Below are positions 12,812-25,108 of a stretch of 64,000 bases of DNA, in pieces. The position numbers and the translations under genes were made by a program. How positions within the stretch are numbered: the stretch's first letter is position 1; the number at the start of each line of letters is the position of its first letter. Origin of the DNA: Eledone cirrhosa (taxonomy: Eukaryota); NCBI GenBank assembly GCA_964016885.1, contig OZ024741.1, positions 22,072,001 through 22,136,000 of the forward strand, written 5' to 3'. The notes under the pieces were generated by a model, which saw only the letters and a list, made by a program, of their open reading frames with translations, did not search any database and was not told the DNA's origin.

Positions 12812-13488
12812 TGGAAAAAAAGATGAACTTCTTTGAGGTTGCAAGTCTCGAAACTTCTGTCCTTAACTGTACACTTTTCTGTAGTTATTTCCACTGAGAT
12901 ATTTCCATCATTACTTCTTACAGAACTACAACAATCTTCTGATATCTTTAAGATCCATATTAATCTTGTGGACAGCTTGATTTAATCTTAAAGACATCTC
13001 AATTTCAATCTTATTTCTCTTGCTAAATACTTCACATTCCAGAACTGTAGCATCTATCACAAAGAAGACAACATAGAAGAGAAATTGGAATCAGTTATCT
13101 GCTGTCGTCGTATTTACTCACGTTAAGGTAAATATTTATCCGCAACAAATCAACACAGAACTAATATGCAGTTAGCATTTCATTCTACTGACAAGAATAT
13201 TGAATGTTCATACTCACAGGGAACTGGGTACAATGAGGGCCGGCACTGTCATTAAGGCCAACTAGGAGGCTGTCTAGGGTACTAAATACCCAGTGATTAT
13301 TTTAATGTGTAGTTGACCCCTATTTGGGCAGTTCTAAATATAATTTGTGCAGTAAGTTTACATCTTGTGTCAATTACTACACGTGGTGCCTACATGGTAA
13401 ATGATGGTTAAAAGACTTAAAACATCCCTAAAATATTCGAAATAACCATTACAAATGCTTCTGAGACACATAAACACTGTGTCATGGA

Positions 13489-13823
13489 CAGGGCCGGATT
13501 TAGACCTTGGAGGGCCAGGAGCTGTCCATGTTTGGGGGACCCGGGGCACATCAGGTTTGAGGGACCCAGGGCACTTCAGTTTTGCCTCCCACTCATACAC
13601 AAAAAATTAGAACACACAGCAAACATATCAAAGTTAGCTTAGCGCAAGTAATTGGAATTGAAAAGTTACACATACAGACATTGAACTAAAAAGTTATAAA
13701 CATCCCAAAACTAAAAATCCCAGCTGAGGGTATAAATAAATTGCTACAGCCGTCGTTTCCCCACACCCACTGCAGGGGGCCCAGGGTAGTTGCTCCTTTT
13801 TCTCCCCATTAAATCCGGCCATG
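13489..13823. mobile_element. hAT-type MITE
   Basis: TIRs CAGGGCCGGATTTA ... TAAATCCGGCCATG. No clear 8-bp TSD. Confidence 0.65.
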
Positions 13824-14075
13824 GGTACTAGAGAACCTACAACTAACTCTATAAACTATATCACACAGACAAATCATCAAGAATATTTTTTAATGTTCTT
13901 TTTCATACCGGTACTAATTTGTTGTTGTTGGACTTGCGTCGGTTCTTACGACGAGCGTTCCAGTTGTACGAACTACAGAACAAATTTCTTGTGTAATTAA
14001 CGCAGACCGGTCAACCCCTAAAAACCCAAACGGGAAGTACCATGAAAAAACTACCCCAAAATGGGGAGATTTAAC

Positions 14076-14267
14076 ATAATTGTTTCTACCATTGGCACAA
14101 GGCCAGCAATTACCCAGTAGATTACTGGTACGTTATTTTATCGACCCCGTAAGGATGAAAGGCAAACTTAACCTCGGCGGGATTTGAACTCAGAATGGCA
14201 AGGGCCGTAACTCTATGCGTCAAAGCATGGCGTCCGACCCTCTACCGATACTGCCAATCCACCGCCC
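14076..14267 (-). mobile_element. tRNA-derived SINE family A (~190 bp)
   Basis: A-box-like TGGCAGTATCGG, B box GAGTTCAAATCC, core GCCTTTCATCCTTACGGGGTCGATAAA, tail GTAGAAACAATTAT. Confidence 0.88.
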
Positions 14268-14971
14268 TATTTAGGGGAGATTTAACATAATTGTTTCTAC
14301 TTTGGGTACAAGGCCAGCAATTACCAAAGTGGGTGGGAGATGTCCCCGCCGGACGGAGAGAGTTGACAGGTCTGAATTAACGTGCAAGTGGCTGAGCATT
14401 CCACAGACATATGATCATTTAAAGTAGTTCTTTGCGAGATTCAACGTGACAAAATCTTTCCCAGTCAGATAATTTTATGATTCTGTTTATCTCGAGGAAG
14501 AATAACTTTCAAGTTCTACTGTTGAATTCCGCCGCAAATAGCTGCCATCTTAGCCAAAGATAGCCGGAGAAATTTATTCCTCACACCATTTTGCTTTTCA
14601 AAAAGGAAAAACGTAAGCAGCGTTCCTATCAACATAGATTCAAGAACGTGTTATTGTAACTATGTTTATGTGGAAAATATAAATATTTAGTACATATAAT
14701 TGAGTATATATACGTGTGTGCTTTTGATTAAGAATTGTAAATATTTCAGTAAAATAGACTTAGTGATATGTGGCAGGTGTGTATGTATATAGAAATGTTT
14801 GTAAATAACTGAGAAGATCCGGATTATCCATAGACTCGTGCTTACTTTAGAGTCGATACTAATCAACAGATAAACGTTCCTGTTCGTGAGATTTGGATAT
14901 TATTTTGATCAACAAACACGAGCTTTACAATTTCTGTTACCTGTATAATTTCAGAATCTCTCTCTCTCTCA

Positions 14972-15013
<42 letters not shown>

Positions 15014-15106
15014 CCGCCTTTTTCTGCATGCACACACAAATGCAAACATATATAAACACACGCACACAACCATATATATTATACATGTTTGTATATATAT
15101 ATATAT

Positions 15107-15275
15107 ATAATTGTTTCTACTTTAGGCACAAGGCCAGCAATTACCCAGTGCATTACTGGTACTTTATTTTATCGACCCCGTAAGGATGAAAGGCAAAGTC
15201 AACCTCGGCGGGATTTGAACTCAGATCGTAAAGGGACGTAACTATGCTGGAAAGCATGGCGTCCGACCCTCTACT
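15107..15275 (-). mobile_element. SINE family A, 5'-truncated
   Basis: Same consensus as 14076-14267. Confidence 0.88.
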
Positions 15276-15576
15276 AGAGAATTGGATTCACAATCTTGAG
15301 GTCGTGAGTTCGATTCCTGGACCGCGCGATGCGTTATGTCCTTGAGCAAGACAATTTATTTCTCGTTGTTCTTTCTACCTGCAGTTGCGACCGATAGATA
15401 GTATTAGCATTTGGAAAGACCAGCGGAAACATTATTTCCTAGGTCCGATTTGACGAAAGTCGATCGTCTGTCGATATATATATATATTCCTATTACCCAC
15501 TCTACTACCCTAAGTATTGAGTACTTTGGTGCGTTATGGTCCACCTGGTTCCTTACCACATTTCCTTCGTTATATA

Positions 15577-15657
<81 letters not shown>

Positions 15658-15693
15658 CATATATATATATATTACATATATATATGTATTTAT

Positions 15694-15730
<37 letters not shown>

Positions 15731-15768
15731 AAGACATATATATATATTACATATATATATGTATTTAT

Positions 15769-15829
<61 letters not shown>

Positions 15830-15859
15830 ATAATGAGACGAGTTATATTATAAAATCAT

Positions 15860-17240
15860 TTCTCAACTTCAACCAGTTACCATGAGTAGAACACATCATC
15901 CAGTACTCCATTTGACATTAGTTTGGGAGCTAATAGTTGTGCCTCGGCGGAGTTTATTGATTTAATTAGATTGTACATACTTGATAAACTAAAAGTAAAT
16001 TTTGTTTCATATGTGGGAGGGGGTGGATTATATAGAGACGATGGTTTATTAACATTCATTAAATTTGCCTCGCACATCTTTAAGAACTTAGTCTATAATA
16101 TCACCCTAGATGATAACAGTAATATGATGAATACTTTAAATGTTGCTCCGAGTTGAAATATTGGACTCTAATATCCCAATAAAATGTCTAATGAATCATT
16201 TTATTTATTGAATAATAGATTAACCCTTCAAAATCAATAACCATGAATTTGCTGAAGAACGCATCTCTTAGAATATCTAGTATATTCGTTAATGTGCAAA
16301 GTTTTAATCAGTATTTCCCTAATACAATGATGCCCTACGTTGGAGTGGGTTTAAGGATAAAATAACTTACATTCCGTCCTTAATAGAGTTAGAAATAATA
16401 TTAATTGGTATAGAAAAATATCCTGGCAGAATTCTCGGCAGAATTCTGAAGTTGTTAACGCTAGAGCTAAGATATTTTCTCTGCTTAGTAAGTATTTTCT
16501 ATCTCAGCACAAATAACACAAAATCTTTCATATACATTCTGTAAAGCTATTTAGACTACTACACCCAATATAACATAGAACATAGATTCATCGAACGTAG
16601 CTAAATTAAATCAAAGTGGTTCTCGTGAAAATACTTTCTGCAACTCTACTAACCATAGTAAGTGTCCTTTTCACTCGAACTTATTAGCTAAACCCCAGTC
16701 GAGAAATGTTTAATTAAAATTAATACTTCTTATAAGGCTTACATTAGCTTAACAGCTAATAACTTCAATATTAGATGCCACAAATATAGATATTCTTTCA
16801 AGAATATCTATATTCTAGCTAAACCTGCTAGAAAAAAGGCAACTTCGTTATCTCTATATTTAGGGTCGTTTAGAGACACTGACATACCTTGAGATTTTAA
16901 ACAGAGCATATTGGCTAAGGCAAAATCATACACAGGAGGCAAAAAGCCATGCGACATATATATTGCTGAAGCAATGGACACCTTGTTTGCCAAATGTGAA
17001 AGAATTCAAAAAGAATTGATTAAATAATAATAGATTGTATTGAACATATTTCCATTATCAATCAAACCTGTATGCCGCCATTCAATAATACTATTGATGA
17101 TTACGGGAGTTCATATATATTATGTTAAAAATAGAGTTCTCCTGACTTTAGGACTACAAGTATAGAATGAATCATATTTAACTGGGTGATGTCTAAAAAC
17201 ATCAGACTGATGAAATGACAAGTCAGTCAATCATATTGGT
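15860..17240 (+). mobile_element. Heavily decayed Penelope-like element (RT + GIY-YIG)
   Basis: FDISLGANSCASAEFIDLIRLYIL..GLYRDDGL, YNDALRWSGFKDKITY, YISLTANNFNIR, ILAKAKSYTGGKKPCDI, with many stops. Confidence 0.75.
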
Positions 17241-17614
17241 GGCCTCCCCACAGCCCCAGCGGACAGAATGGAGAAGGCGTTTTCCCGGAGGACGGCAAGG
17301 GGGACGCGCTGGAAGAGCGATTCCAGCTCGCGAGGCTCACACAGCTTCCGTTTACTCAATTTCACTTACAAGACATTGATCAACCCCGAAGCTATGGCAA
17401 AAGCCACCCAAAATGTCAGGTAGTCGAATCAAACCCGGGACCTAGTGATTACAAACGAACATTTTAACCATTCGGCCATGTTATGTCTAATTTAAAAATA
17501 TGACGAATAGTTCACTCATTGGAATGGCCTTGGTCACAGGTTAGCTTAAAGAGTGACCTGGAGCTAAAAGACTTCAAGAAGAAAAGTAATAGTTAAGTTG
17601 CTGTTATCATTGCA

Positions 17615-18130
17615 TGATCTGGTGCAGTGATACGCCAGCTTCAGCAATCGGTAATCAGAAGGGAGGTAGGTGTAAAGCTAAACTCACTATCTTCAATTCG
17701 GTATTCGTGACAACCCCTATCTATGGTCATGTATCTAGGGTAATGATCGAAAGAATACGATCGTAAATACAAGCAGCCAAAATGCGGTTCCTTCACAGGC
17801 TCTTTGGAGTAACGTTACTCGATAGTGTGTGTTGCTCGGAGATCAGAGAGTCATTCCAGGTAGAGCCGCTACTTCTCCAAACTGAGAGATCACAGCTCCG
17901 ATACTATGGGCGTGTGGTTAGAATGTCCCAGGAAAGAATTGCTGGACAGATTTTACAGGCAAAACCAACCGACAGGAGACCCAGGAGTTAGACCCTGAGC
18001 AAGATGGTTGGATAACATCCATGAGCTTAGCTGGTCACGCTTGGGGATCCAACTGGATCAATTGGAGACGGTTGTTTCTGACATGAGCTACTGGAAGGAG
18101 TGTTTGAGGACTCTGCCCCCACGACCGTGG
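17615..18130 (+). mobile_element. RTE (Expander/Rex3-like) LINE 3' end
   Basis: MRFLHRLFGVTLLD..IRESFQVEPLLLQTERSQLRYYGRVVRM, ending in (GAA)n. Confidence 0.85.
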
Positions 18131-18215
18131 GGTAGAAGAAGAAGAAGAAGAAGAAGAAGAACAACAACAACATATTATTATAATTATTATTATTACGCCC
18201 CTTTACGTCCTAAGG

Positions 18216-18407
18216 GGCGGTGGATTGGCAGTATCGATAGAGTGTCGGACGCCATGCTTTGACGCACAGAGTTACGGCCCTTTATGGTCTGAATTCAAAT
18301 CCCGCCGAGGTTAACTTTGCCTTTCATCCTTACGGGGTCGATAAAGTAAAGTACCAGTAATGTACTGGGATAATTGCTGGCCTTGTGCCAAAAGTAGAAA
18401 CAATTAT
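18216..18407 (+). mobile_element. SINE family A
   Basis: Full-length match to the family A consensus. Confidence 0.88.
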
Positions 18408-18557
18408 TATTAACTACTATTCTTGTTCAAGGATACATGTAAACAGCTTGTTTCCTCGAGTTAATCTGTTGGGATTTTCCGTTGATTTATACTGAAGCAT
18501 TTATTGTGAAGTATCTTGTGTACAGGATTCTAAAGGTCATAGTTCTTGTTATCCTCA

Positions 18558-18606
<49 letters not shown>

Positions 18607-18673
18607 CCAAGCGTGAGACTAATATAAATTCATGTTATTGCATCCTCTTGTTTATACGTTTTCTGTTTCCTTG

Positions 18674-18733
<60 letters not shown>

Positions 18734-18825
18734 AGGGGTATGTTTTGCTGATGAGGGATTTTATGGTAGTTCCTGGCTTTTCATCAACTTCAATAATTAG
18801 ATGTGTCAGGCCCTAAAAAAAGACA

Positions 18826-18885
<60 letters not shown>

Positions 18886-18973
18886 GGAAAAATTTGAACA
18901 GGAACAAAACAGAGAGGCAGTACAACGAATGTTTATTAATTTCACGCTCTGGAGAGTGGGGTGTTGGTGGGGA

Positions 18974-19005
18974 ACGACGTTTCGGGCATAAGCCCTTCCT
19001 CGGGT
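18974..19005 (-). ncRNA. Degenerate minimal HHR in a pLTR-like segment (~18880-19640)
   Basis: Minus strand: ac-CCGAGGA-a-gggc-ttat-gccc-GAAA-cg-TC-gt. U4C change in the core. Confidence 0.55.
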
Positions 19006-20056
19006 GAGAAGTGTGTGGGAACAGAGTTCAAAGGGTGTGTAGGGGAGTGGTGGAGAGACATTTAGCGAAAGGAAACGGTGCGAATGAAATTAAAAATAAA
19101 AATAAAATAAAAATAAAGCATGATCAAAATACAAGGAATGAAATAAATTTAAATATAAAAGCATGATCAAAATAAACTGAAATTAAAAGGGGGGTAAAAC
19201 AGGTGGTGGAAGGGTGTGGGGTGTGTAGGGGTGGTGGCGGGTGGAGTGGGGAGAGGGAGACGGGGTGTCCGAGCGGGGAGGGCTGAAGGCGGTGTGTGTG
19301 TGTAGGTGTACGTGTGTGTGTGTGTGTGTGTGAAAGTAAGGGTTGGGGGAAGAACGGGGTTGCATGTTCAGGAAGAGGTGTGTGTGTATGGGGGGTTGTA
19401 GGTCGGAGTGTCTGTGCGTGTGTGGATAGAGGGGTGGGGGGAGAGGAATCAGGAGGCTGAGGGTGTAAATATGTGGTGGAAAGCACGTGTGTGTGGGGTT
19501 TAAGCGTGTTGTGGGTGTAGGTGGCGTGTGGAGAAAAAAAGTTTTTTTGGGGTGTGTGTGTGGGTGAGTTATATAGTTACGTAAGAGGATGGTTGAAAAG
19601 TTGGTAAAATCCGATGATGTTTAGTGGATTCTGTGGTGGTCAAGTTCTATATATATATCAACTAGAAATAGATTGACATATATATAAAATAAATACATGA
19701 AACAATCACGGGGGATAATTTGTAAAGAATGTAATTACACATAGCTAGGTAGGTAACTAATTAAAGTTTGACTAGAACTTCAAATATAGATACCTTTCAA
19801 AATGATTAATCTTTGAGCCTATTCTACGGTGGATATGGCGCATGTCTCTCAGACATGATAACCCTTAATTTTAATTTTGGATATATATATATATATATAT
19901 ATTGTTATACTTTGGGAGGGTCATGTTGCTAATAAGAAACACACGCACCAGTTGCTTTCACTTCAATTTATTATATATTTATAAATTTACAAATTTACAA
20001 ACTTATACATTTCTGGTTGGTTGGTTGGTTCCACAACCAGATAGTTGTTTATATAT

Positions 20057-20101
20057 AGTCATAGTCCTTTCGTCACACACTCTGTGACCTCTTCAGTGAC
20101 T
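20057..20101 (-). ncRNA. Minimal type I hammerhead ribozyme of the Penelope pLTR
   Basis: Minus strand: agtca-CTGAAGA-g-gtcac-agagtgt-gtgac-GAAA-ggac-TA-tgact, same sense as the ORF. Confidence 0.88.
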
Positions 20102-20271
20102 GGGAATTCCTTTCTTTGTTTCTGTGCCTTTCCTTTCTTCTATCCTACGCCATTTTGTTTCCGTGTGTGTGTTGTGTGTTCAGTTTGCGCATGCGCCACA
20201 TCCGGGTGTCTGTGTGTGTTTGTGTTCATTTATCTATTTGTTTGTTTATTTATTTATTTATTGTTGGTTGG

Positions 20272-20487
20272 TTGTTTGTTCTATGTGTGTGTGTGTTTTC
20301 ATTTTGTCCTGTGTGTGTTTTCATTTTGTCCTTAATTGTAAGTTGTTTGTTCTATGTGTGTGTGTGTTTTCATTTTGTCCTGTGTGTGTTTTCATTTTGT
20401 CCTTAATTGTAAGTTGTTTGTTCTATGTGTGTGTGTGTTTTCATTTTGTCCTGTGTGTGTTTTCATTTTGTCCTTAATTGTAAGTTG
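20272..20487. repeat. 71-bp triplication in the Penelope 3' UTR
   Basis: Three copies of ttgtttgttctatgtgtg...cattttgtccttaattgtaag. Not triplicated in the relative at 62800-62890. Confidence 0.85.
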
Positions 20488-20500
20488 TGATGTTGCTGTT

Positions 20501-22630
20501 TCACTCATATTTTCTATTTAGTTTTGGTTTTAATTCTTTTATGCTTACTGCCTCTGTAATTTGCCTAAACATTGCGTCTTTTCTGTGTGTGGATTCTATT
20601 TTTATTTCTATGCTCTCTAATCTACCCCTGTGTTCTATCTTAGCATGTTGGTAGAGCACAGATGATTCTTTATTATCTTGGAGGTCTCGCCAGTGTTCAT
20701 TTATTCGTTCCCCTATACTACGAGCTGTCTCACCTATGTACATTATATTTTTGTTTCTACATTGTCCTTCAGTACATCTTATGCTATACACTACATTTCT
20801 AGTTTTACAGTTAATATGGGGGCTTATTTTACAGGTTATACATTTCTTATCTATACATGAGGGTCTTTGGAACGGGTATGTCTTGCTAATAAGTGTTTTT
20901 ACGGAGGTACCTGGTCTTTCTACTATCTTAATATTGAGATTATGTTTATTTAGGGCCCTTCTAAATTTGTAGGCTAGTTCGCCTCTAGGGGTTGTATTGA
21001 TGAACATTACACTCTGGTATTTATTGCTATCATACCATGAGTTTATTCTATTGGCCTTGTTCCTAGTTCTTTCTATTCTATTCCAAAATTTGCTCCTATA
21101 CAAGGGGCAGGTCCCATTTATGTCATTATTTATCATTTTTTCCCATTTGGTTCTGGCTTCTTTATACACTCTGATTCTATCTCTCTGATTGTAGCCAGAG
21201 AACTGCATACGGTGGATGAAGTGTTGTATGTGTCTCTCTAGTTCTTCGGGGTTGCACATGCGGGACACATTTCTCATCACCCGTACCAAATCCGCAATCA
21301 GTATGTTGATTTTGGTATGGTCCGAAATGGCCGAGTTTCGGTGGATCAGATGTTTGGAAGTCATGGGTTTGGCATAATGGGAATGGAGGATTTGTTTTTG
21401 GTTGTTAATGGTATCTAACCAGAGCTCTGTGTTTAGTACAGGTAATCGATGGTTGGGGTGTCTACTTGGGTAGTCTATAGTAACTCTAATGCTCTGGTGG
21501 ATGGAGTTTGCTATTTGCTGGATGCTTTCCATTGTGTTTTTCTCTAGTTCCTGACTGTTCTTTAGTGGGGGTGTCTTAACTACGATGTTTATATCATCTA
21601 CGTAGCGGGAGTACATTATCAGGGTTAAGCTGTCTTCTAATAGTTCATTAAGTTTTTGTTTAAATCTACTGTCCCACCATACCATGAATAAGTTAGCTAT
21701 GTCGCCTGCAATGCTAACACCAATGGCTGCTCCTTCCTCTTGGGCATATGTTTTACCATTAAATTTGAACATATGTTCCTTAAGGGTTAATTTTATGCTG
21801 GCCCCTACCGCATGTGCAATCATTTTCTTCAGTTCATCGTGGTTTTCGGGTGTCCGTATGGCTCTGGTCCACCCGTTCCATCTATCTGTGTGGGTTTTCT
21901 TGGCCATTGAGGTAATGGTAGGTGGTCTGCCTCTTGCTGGTCTTGTAGGGCACAGGTTGCTAAGGTCATAAGTGTCTAGGTAACTATTACTATGGGTAAG
22001 CTTAAGTAGAAGTCCCAGCTCACTGGTATCAATCCCACGGAACTCAACTTTGCTCTCGCTGATCATTTCTACGCATTTCTCCACAGCAAAATCCACGTCA
22101 ATAGATGGATACAGGGACACAACATCCATACTGCCTATTATGCAGTTTTTTAGGTCCCCAGATCGGTTACCCGCGCCGATTCTGCTGAGGAGGTCCTCCG
22201 TGCTGTCACACACATCTGGGGACATCTCAATGATGGGGCGTATGATCAGGGAGAGGAAGTAGGACAGTCTGTAGTTACTAGCAATGTTAGCCCCACAGAC
22301 TGGCCGTGTTGGTGGTCCCGCGACAGGGTCCCAGCCCGTTTTATGGTCTTTTCGAAGCCCATACAACGCCGGCACGTCATTGTTCCAGGCCTGGAAGTTG
22401 TTGGCAGTCCTTTTGTTGGGCTGCATTATATTCGTCCACATCACCATATGGGCATTGAGGGCTTTTTCTCTATCCTCATGCTCCTGTGGTGTTACCTCTC
22501 TTGTGTTAGTGATGTGGGGTTGCATTGCCTGGATGTAGTTTGGCAGGCTGTCAACCGACATTCTGCCAGACTTGTCTGTTGGAAAACATGCTATCTCTCC
22601 ATTACGCGAGCGCTGCATGAGCTTACGCAA
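20501..22630 (-). CDS. Penelope-like reverse transcriptase / GIY-YIG endonuclease (N-terminally truncated, uninterrupted 709 aa)
   Basis: PTDKSGR, LYGLRKDHK, PTRPV, SMDVVSLYPSI, QEEGAAIG, YSRYVDD, C..KCITC, NVVYSIRC..MYIGETARSIGERINEH. Confidence 0.95.
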   Translation of the reverse strand: MRKLMQRSRNGEIACFPTDKSGRMSVDSLPNYIQAMQPHITNTREVTPQEHEDREKALNAHMVMWTNIMQPNKRTANNFQAWNNDVPALYGLRKDHKTGWDPVAGPPTRPVCGANIASNYRLSYFLSLIIRPIIEMSPDVCDSTEDLLSRIGAGNRSGDLKNCIIGSMDVVSLYPSIDVDFAVEKCVEMISESKVEFRGIDTSELGLLLKLTHSNSYLDTYDLSNLCPTRPARGRPPTITSMAKKTHTDRWNGWTRAIRTPENHDELKKMIAHAVGASIKLTLKEHMFKFNGKTYAQEEGAAIGVSIAGDIANLFMVWWDSRFKQKLNELLEDSLTLIMYSRYVDDINIVVKTPPLKNSQELEKNTMESIQQIANSIHQSIRVTIDYPSRHPNHRLPVLNTELWLDTINNQKQILHSHYAKPMTSKHLIHRNSAISDHTKINILIADLVRVMRNVSRMCNPEELERHIQHFIHRMQFSGYNQRDRIRVYKEARTKWEKMINNDINGTCPLYRSKFWNRIERTRNKANRINSWYDSNKYQSVMFINTTPRGELAYKFRRALNKHNLNIKIVERPGTSVKTLISKTYPFQRPSCIDKKCITCKISPHINCKTRNVVYSIRCTEGQCRNKNIMYIGETARSIGERINEHWRDLQDNKESSVLYQHAKIEHRGRLESIEIKIESTHRKDAMFRQITEAVSIKELKPKLNRKYE

Positions 22631-22913
22631 GCCATTTGCAGATTATATATAAACAACTATCTGGTTGTGGAACCAACCAACCAACCAGAAATTTATAAGT
22701 TTGTAAATTTGTAAATTTGTAAATTTATAAATATATAATAAATTGAAGTGAAAGCAACTGGTGCGTGTGTTTCTTATTGGCAACATGACCCTCCCAAAGT
22801 ATAACAATATCGGTTTCAACACACGATTTCAGATAAAGAATCTTGCTAAACAAATTCAGAAACGAAATATATATATATATTTTGTTAAAAATATATATAT
22901 ATATATATATATA

Positions 22914-23074
22914 TACAATTGAATATACGAGAGGATGAACACCGATACAAGTATACATGTGTTCGAATTGCAAATGACCAAATTAGTATTTTTCAATCTA
23001 GCTAACTTGGTCATTTGCAATTCGAACACATGTATACTTGTATCGGTGTTCATCCTCTCGTATATTCAATTGTA
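22914..23074. repeat. Hairpin, ~72-bp arms with 15-nt loop
   Basis: tacaattgaatatacgagagg...ccaaattag / ctaacttgg...cctctcgtatattcaattgta. Confidence 0.9.
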
Positions 23075-23146
23075 TTACACGGCTTGGAAAGATTCCCTTC
23101 CTTGAGGTATTTAATTGTAAAAGACTATTTTGAGTTTCTAACTCAA

Positions 23147-23194
<48 letters not shown>

Positions 23195-23281
23195 GGTATA
23201 TATATGTCTGTATATATATATCTGTATATATATATATATATACAGATGTGAGAAAAACCACAGACCCTCCATCTCAACTCC

Positions 23282-23319
23282 ACTTTTGAAAAGCAGAAGA
23301 ACTGTGAAACCGGTAAAGG
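23282..23319 (+). ncRNA. Minimal HHR, U3:A8 variant (copy 1)
   Basis: ctt-TTGAAAA-gcag-aagaa-ctgt-GAAA-ccgg-TA-aag, in a module spanning 23245-23385. Confidence 0.7.
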
Positions 23320-23381
23320 AACCAAATAAATATATATATTTTTTTTAAAATAAGACTCCAGTTGCATTTTCGATTTTTTTC

Positions 23382-23412
<31 letters not shown>

Positions 23413-23459
23413 GGAGGAGGTTATAGTTCACTTGAAGCATTGTGTAATGAGGTATAAAC

Positions 23460-23732
23460 GTTTGAATATGTATAATAAAGCCAAAACAATGCAGGTATGG
23501 ACATAGAAAAAAGAATGCAATTGCAAAAGATATTGTTAGCATGGCTTGGTAAGATATTTAGAACGCTGGTTTGAGACCTTTATTTCCCTCTGAAGAAGAG
23601 ATATTATCTCGAAAATTAAGGACATTTAAATAAATCTAAGGTAAAAGACGATTTGTCAACAATATCTTTTGCAATTGCATTCTTTTTTCTATGTCCATAC
23701 CTGCATTGTTTTGGCTTTATTATACATATTCA

Positions 23733-23735
<3 letters not shown>
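23460..23735. repeat. Inverted repeat (~80-bp arms) enclosing an HHR-like motif
   Basis: gtttgaatatg...aagatattgtt at 23460-23537 is complementary to 23658-23734. Confidence 0.88.
23587..23621 (+). ncRNA. Very minimal HHR-like motif
   Basis: cct-CTGAAGA-a-gagat-att-atctc-GAAA-at-TA-agg. Confidence 0.6.
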
Positions 23736-23811
<76 letters not shown>

Positions 23812-23816
<5 letters not shown>

Positions 23817-23945
23817 CTAAAATCATACATACAGATAGTTAAACACAAACTGAATGAGTACAGGGTGCAGGCATATATATATATGCCTGCACCCTGTACT
23901 CATTCAGTTTGTGTTTAACTATCTGTATGTATGATTTTAGAAGGT
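23812..23945. repeat. Perfect palindrome centred on (TA)n
   Basis: accttctaaaatc...gcaggc-atatatatatat-gcctgc...gattttagaaggt. Confidence 0.92.
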
Positions 23946-24370
23946 GGCGAATTGGCATAGTCGATAAAAACGTATCAGTCAACGCCGAGATCAACTTTGC
24001 TTGTCAGGGGTCGAAACACCCGCTTGAGGTGTGTTTGTGTGTGTGGGGGGATGGGGCGGGGTTCTCTGAAGAACTTCTGTTGTCGAGCTTGCCTGAGAGT
24101 TTCTTACCGCTTTTGTAGTATTCATTATGGATCTCTGCTCGTCGAGGTCAACTGTGCCTTTCATCCATTCGAGATCGATAAAAAAAGTACCAGTCTAGTA
24201 CTGGGGTCGACTTTCCTCTCTATCTCTTTCTCACTTCTATTCTGCCACTCTGTCTATCCTTCTCTGGAAGAAATCTGCTGTATTCAGACCTGGAGAGGAT
24301 TGGACTCCGCCAGGTTTTAAAATGCCTTAGACACACCGTATGTCAATATGGCGCCGTGTTACGAGACCAT
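23943..24370 (+). mobile_element. SINE family B (composite)
   Basis: Collinear with 41686-42243. Confidence 0.78.
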
Positions 24371-24435
24371 GCATGTATTACCTTACATATATGTGTGTAT
24401 GTATGTGTATGTGCATAAATAAATAAGTAGATGAA

Positions 24436-24756
24436 GGCATGTGACAGAGTGGATAAGGTGTTCGGCCCATGATCACAACATGACGAGTTCGATTCCTGGT
24501 GGTGCGTCATGTATTTGAGCAAGACATTTGATTTCACGTTTCTCAGGCCAACTCAGCATGCAAAATTGAGTTGCTCCTGAAATTCAAAGGATCAAGTCTT
24601 GTTAAACATTATGTCACGTTAAATCACTCTGAGAACTATATTAAATTTACACATAACTCTAGAATGCTCAACCACATGCTCGCTTATTTCAAGAGCAGGG
24701 TGTTTCGTTGTTCAAACAAATAGAACAATCGTCGTTGGAACCGACGGATGTCCAGC
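24436..24756 (+). mobile_element. tRNA-derived SINE family C
   Basis: GAGTTCGATTCC B box followed by TTGAGCAAGACA. Related pieces at 15278-15385 and 14345-14455. Confidence 0.65.
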
Positions 24757-24767
24757 ACTGCCCACCC

Positions 24768-24809
<42 letters not shown>

Positions 24810-25064
24810 CCAATTTATATATTTTATCTGATGAGGACGTACTGAAAAAACAGCAATATATATAATATATATAATAAAATATATTTTGATTACGTGAATG
24901 TCTATATTTATTAATATTTTGAATTAATATATATATATGTAGATCCCGGGTTGAGTCGGGGATAACCACAGTAAGTAAGGTACTCAATACATGGCAGTGT
25001 AAAAGTAATTTAATATAGAAATGGCTTCTACAGGACTAGAACTGTTTCATTCGGAGGAAATCAT

Positions 25065-25099
<35 letters not shown>

Positions 25100-25108
<9 letters not shown>

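Larger units (their letters stand above)
19901..22868 (-). mobile_element. Penelope-like element, 5'-truncated, with inverted pLTR, inserted in (TA)n
   Basis: RT+GIY-YIG ORF. 19901-~20056 is the reverse complement of ~22644-22809. (TA)n on both sides and an HHR in the 3' pLTR. Confidence 0.95.

Noticed and set aside
13043-13127. Plus-strand AG...GTAAAT exon-like segment (also 14845-14940 minus, 58603-58756 plus)
   Set aside because: Stops in all frames or weak splice sites, and no recognisable product.
17180-17232. HHR-like text after the decayed PLE
   Set aside because: The position is suggestive but the core and stems cannot be fitted consistently.
18743-18780. CTGATGA with a hairpin
   Set aside because: No GAAA and no stem I partner. 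At best a truncated HHR.
24822-24855. CTGATGA...GAAA
   Set aside because: Stem II is weak, with no UH site or stem I.
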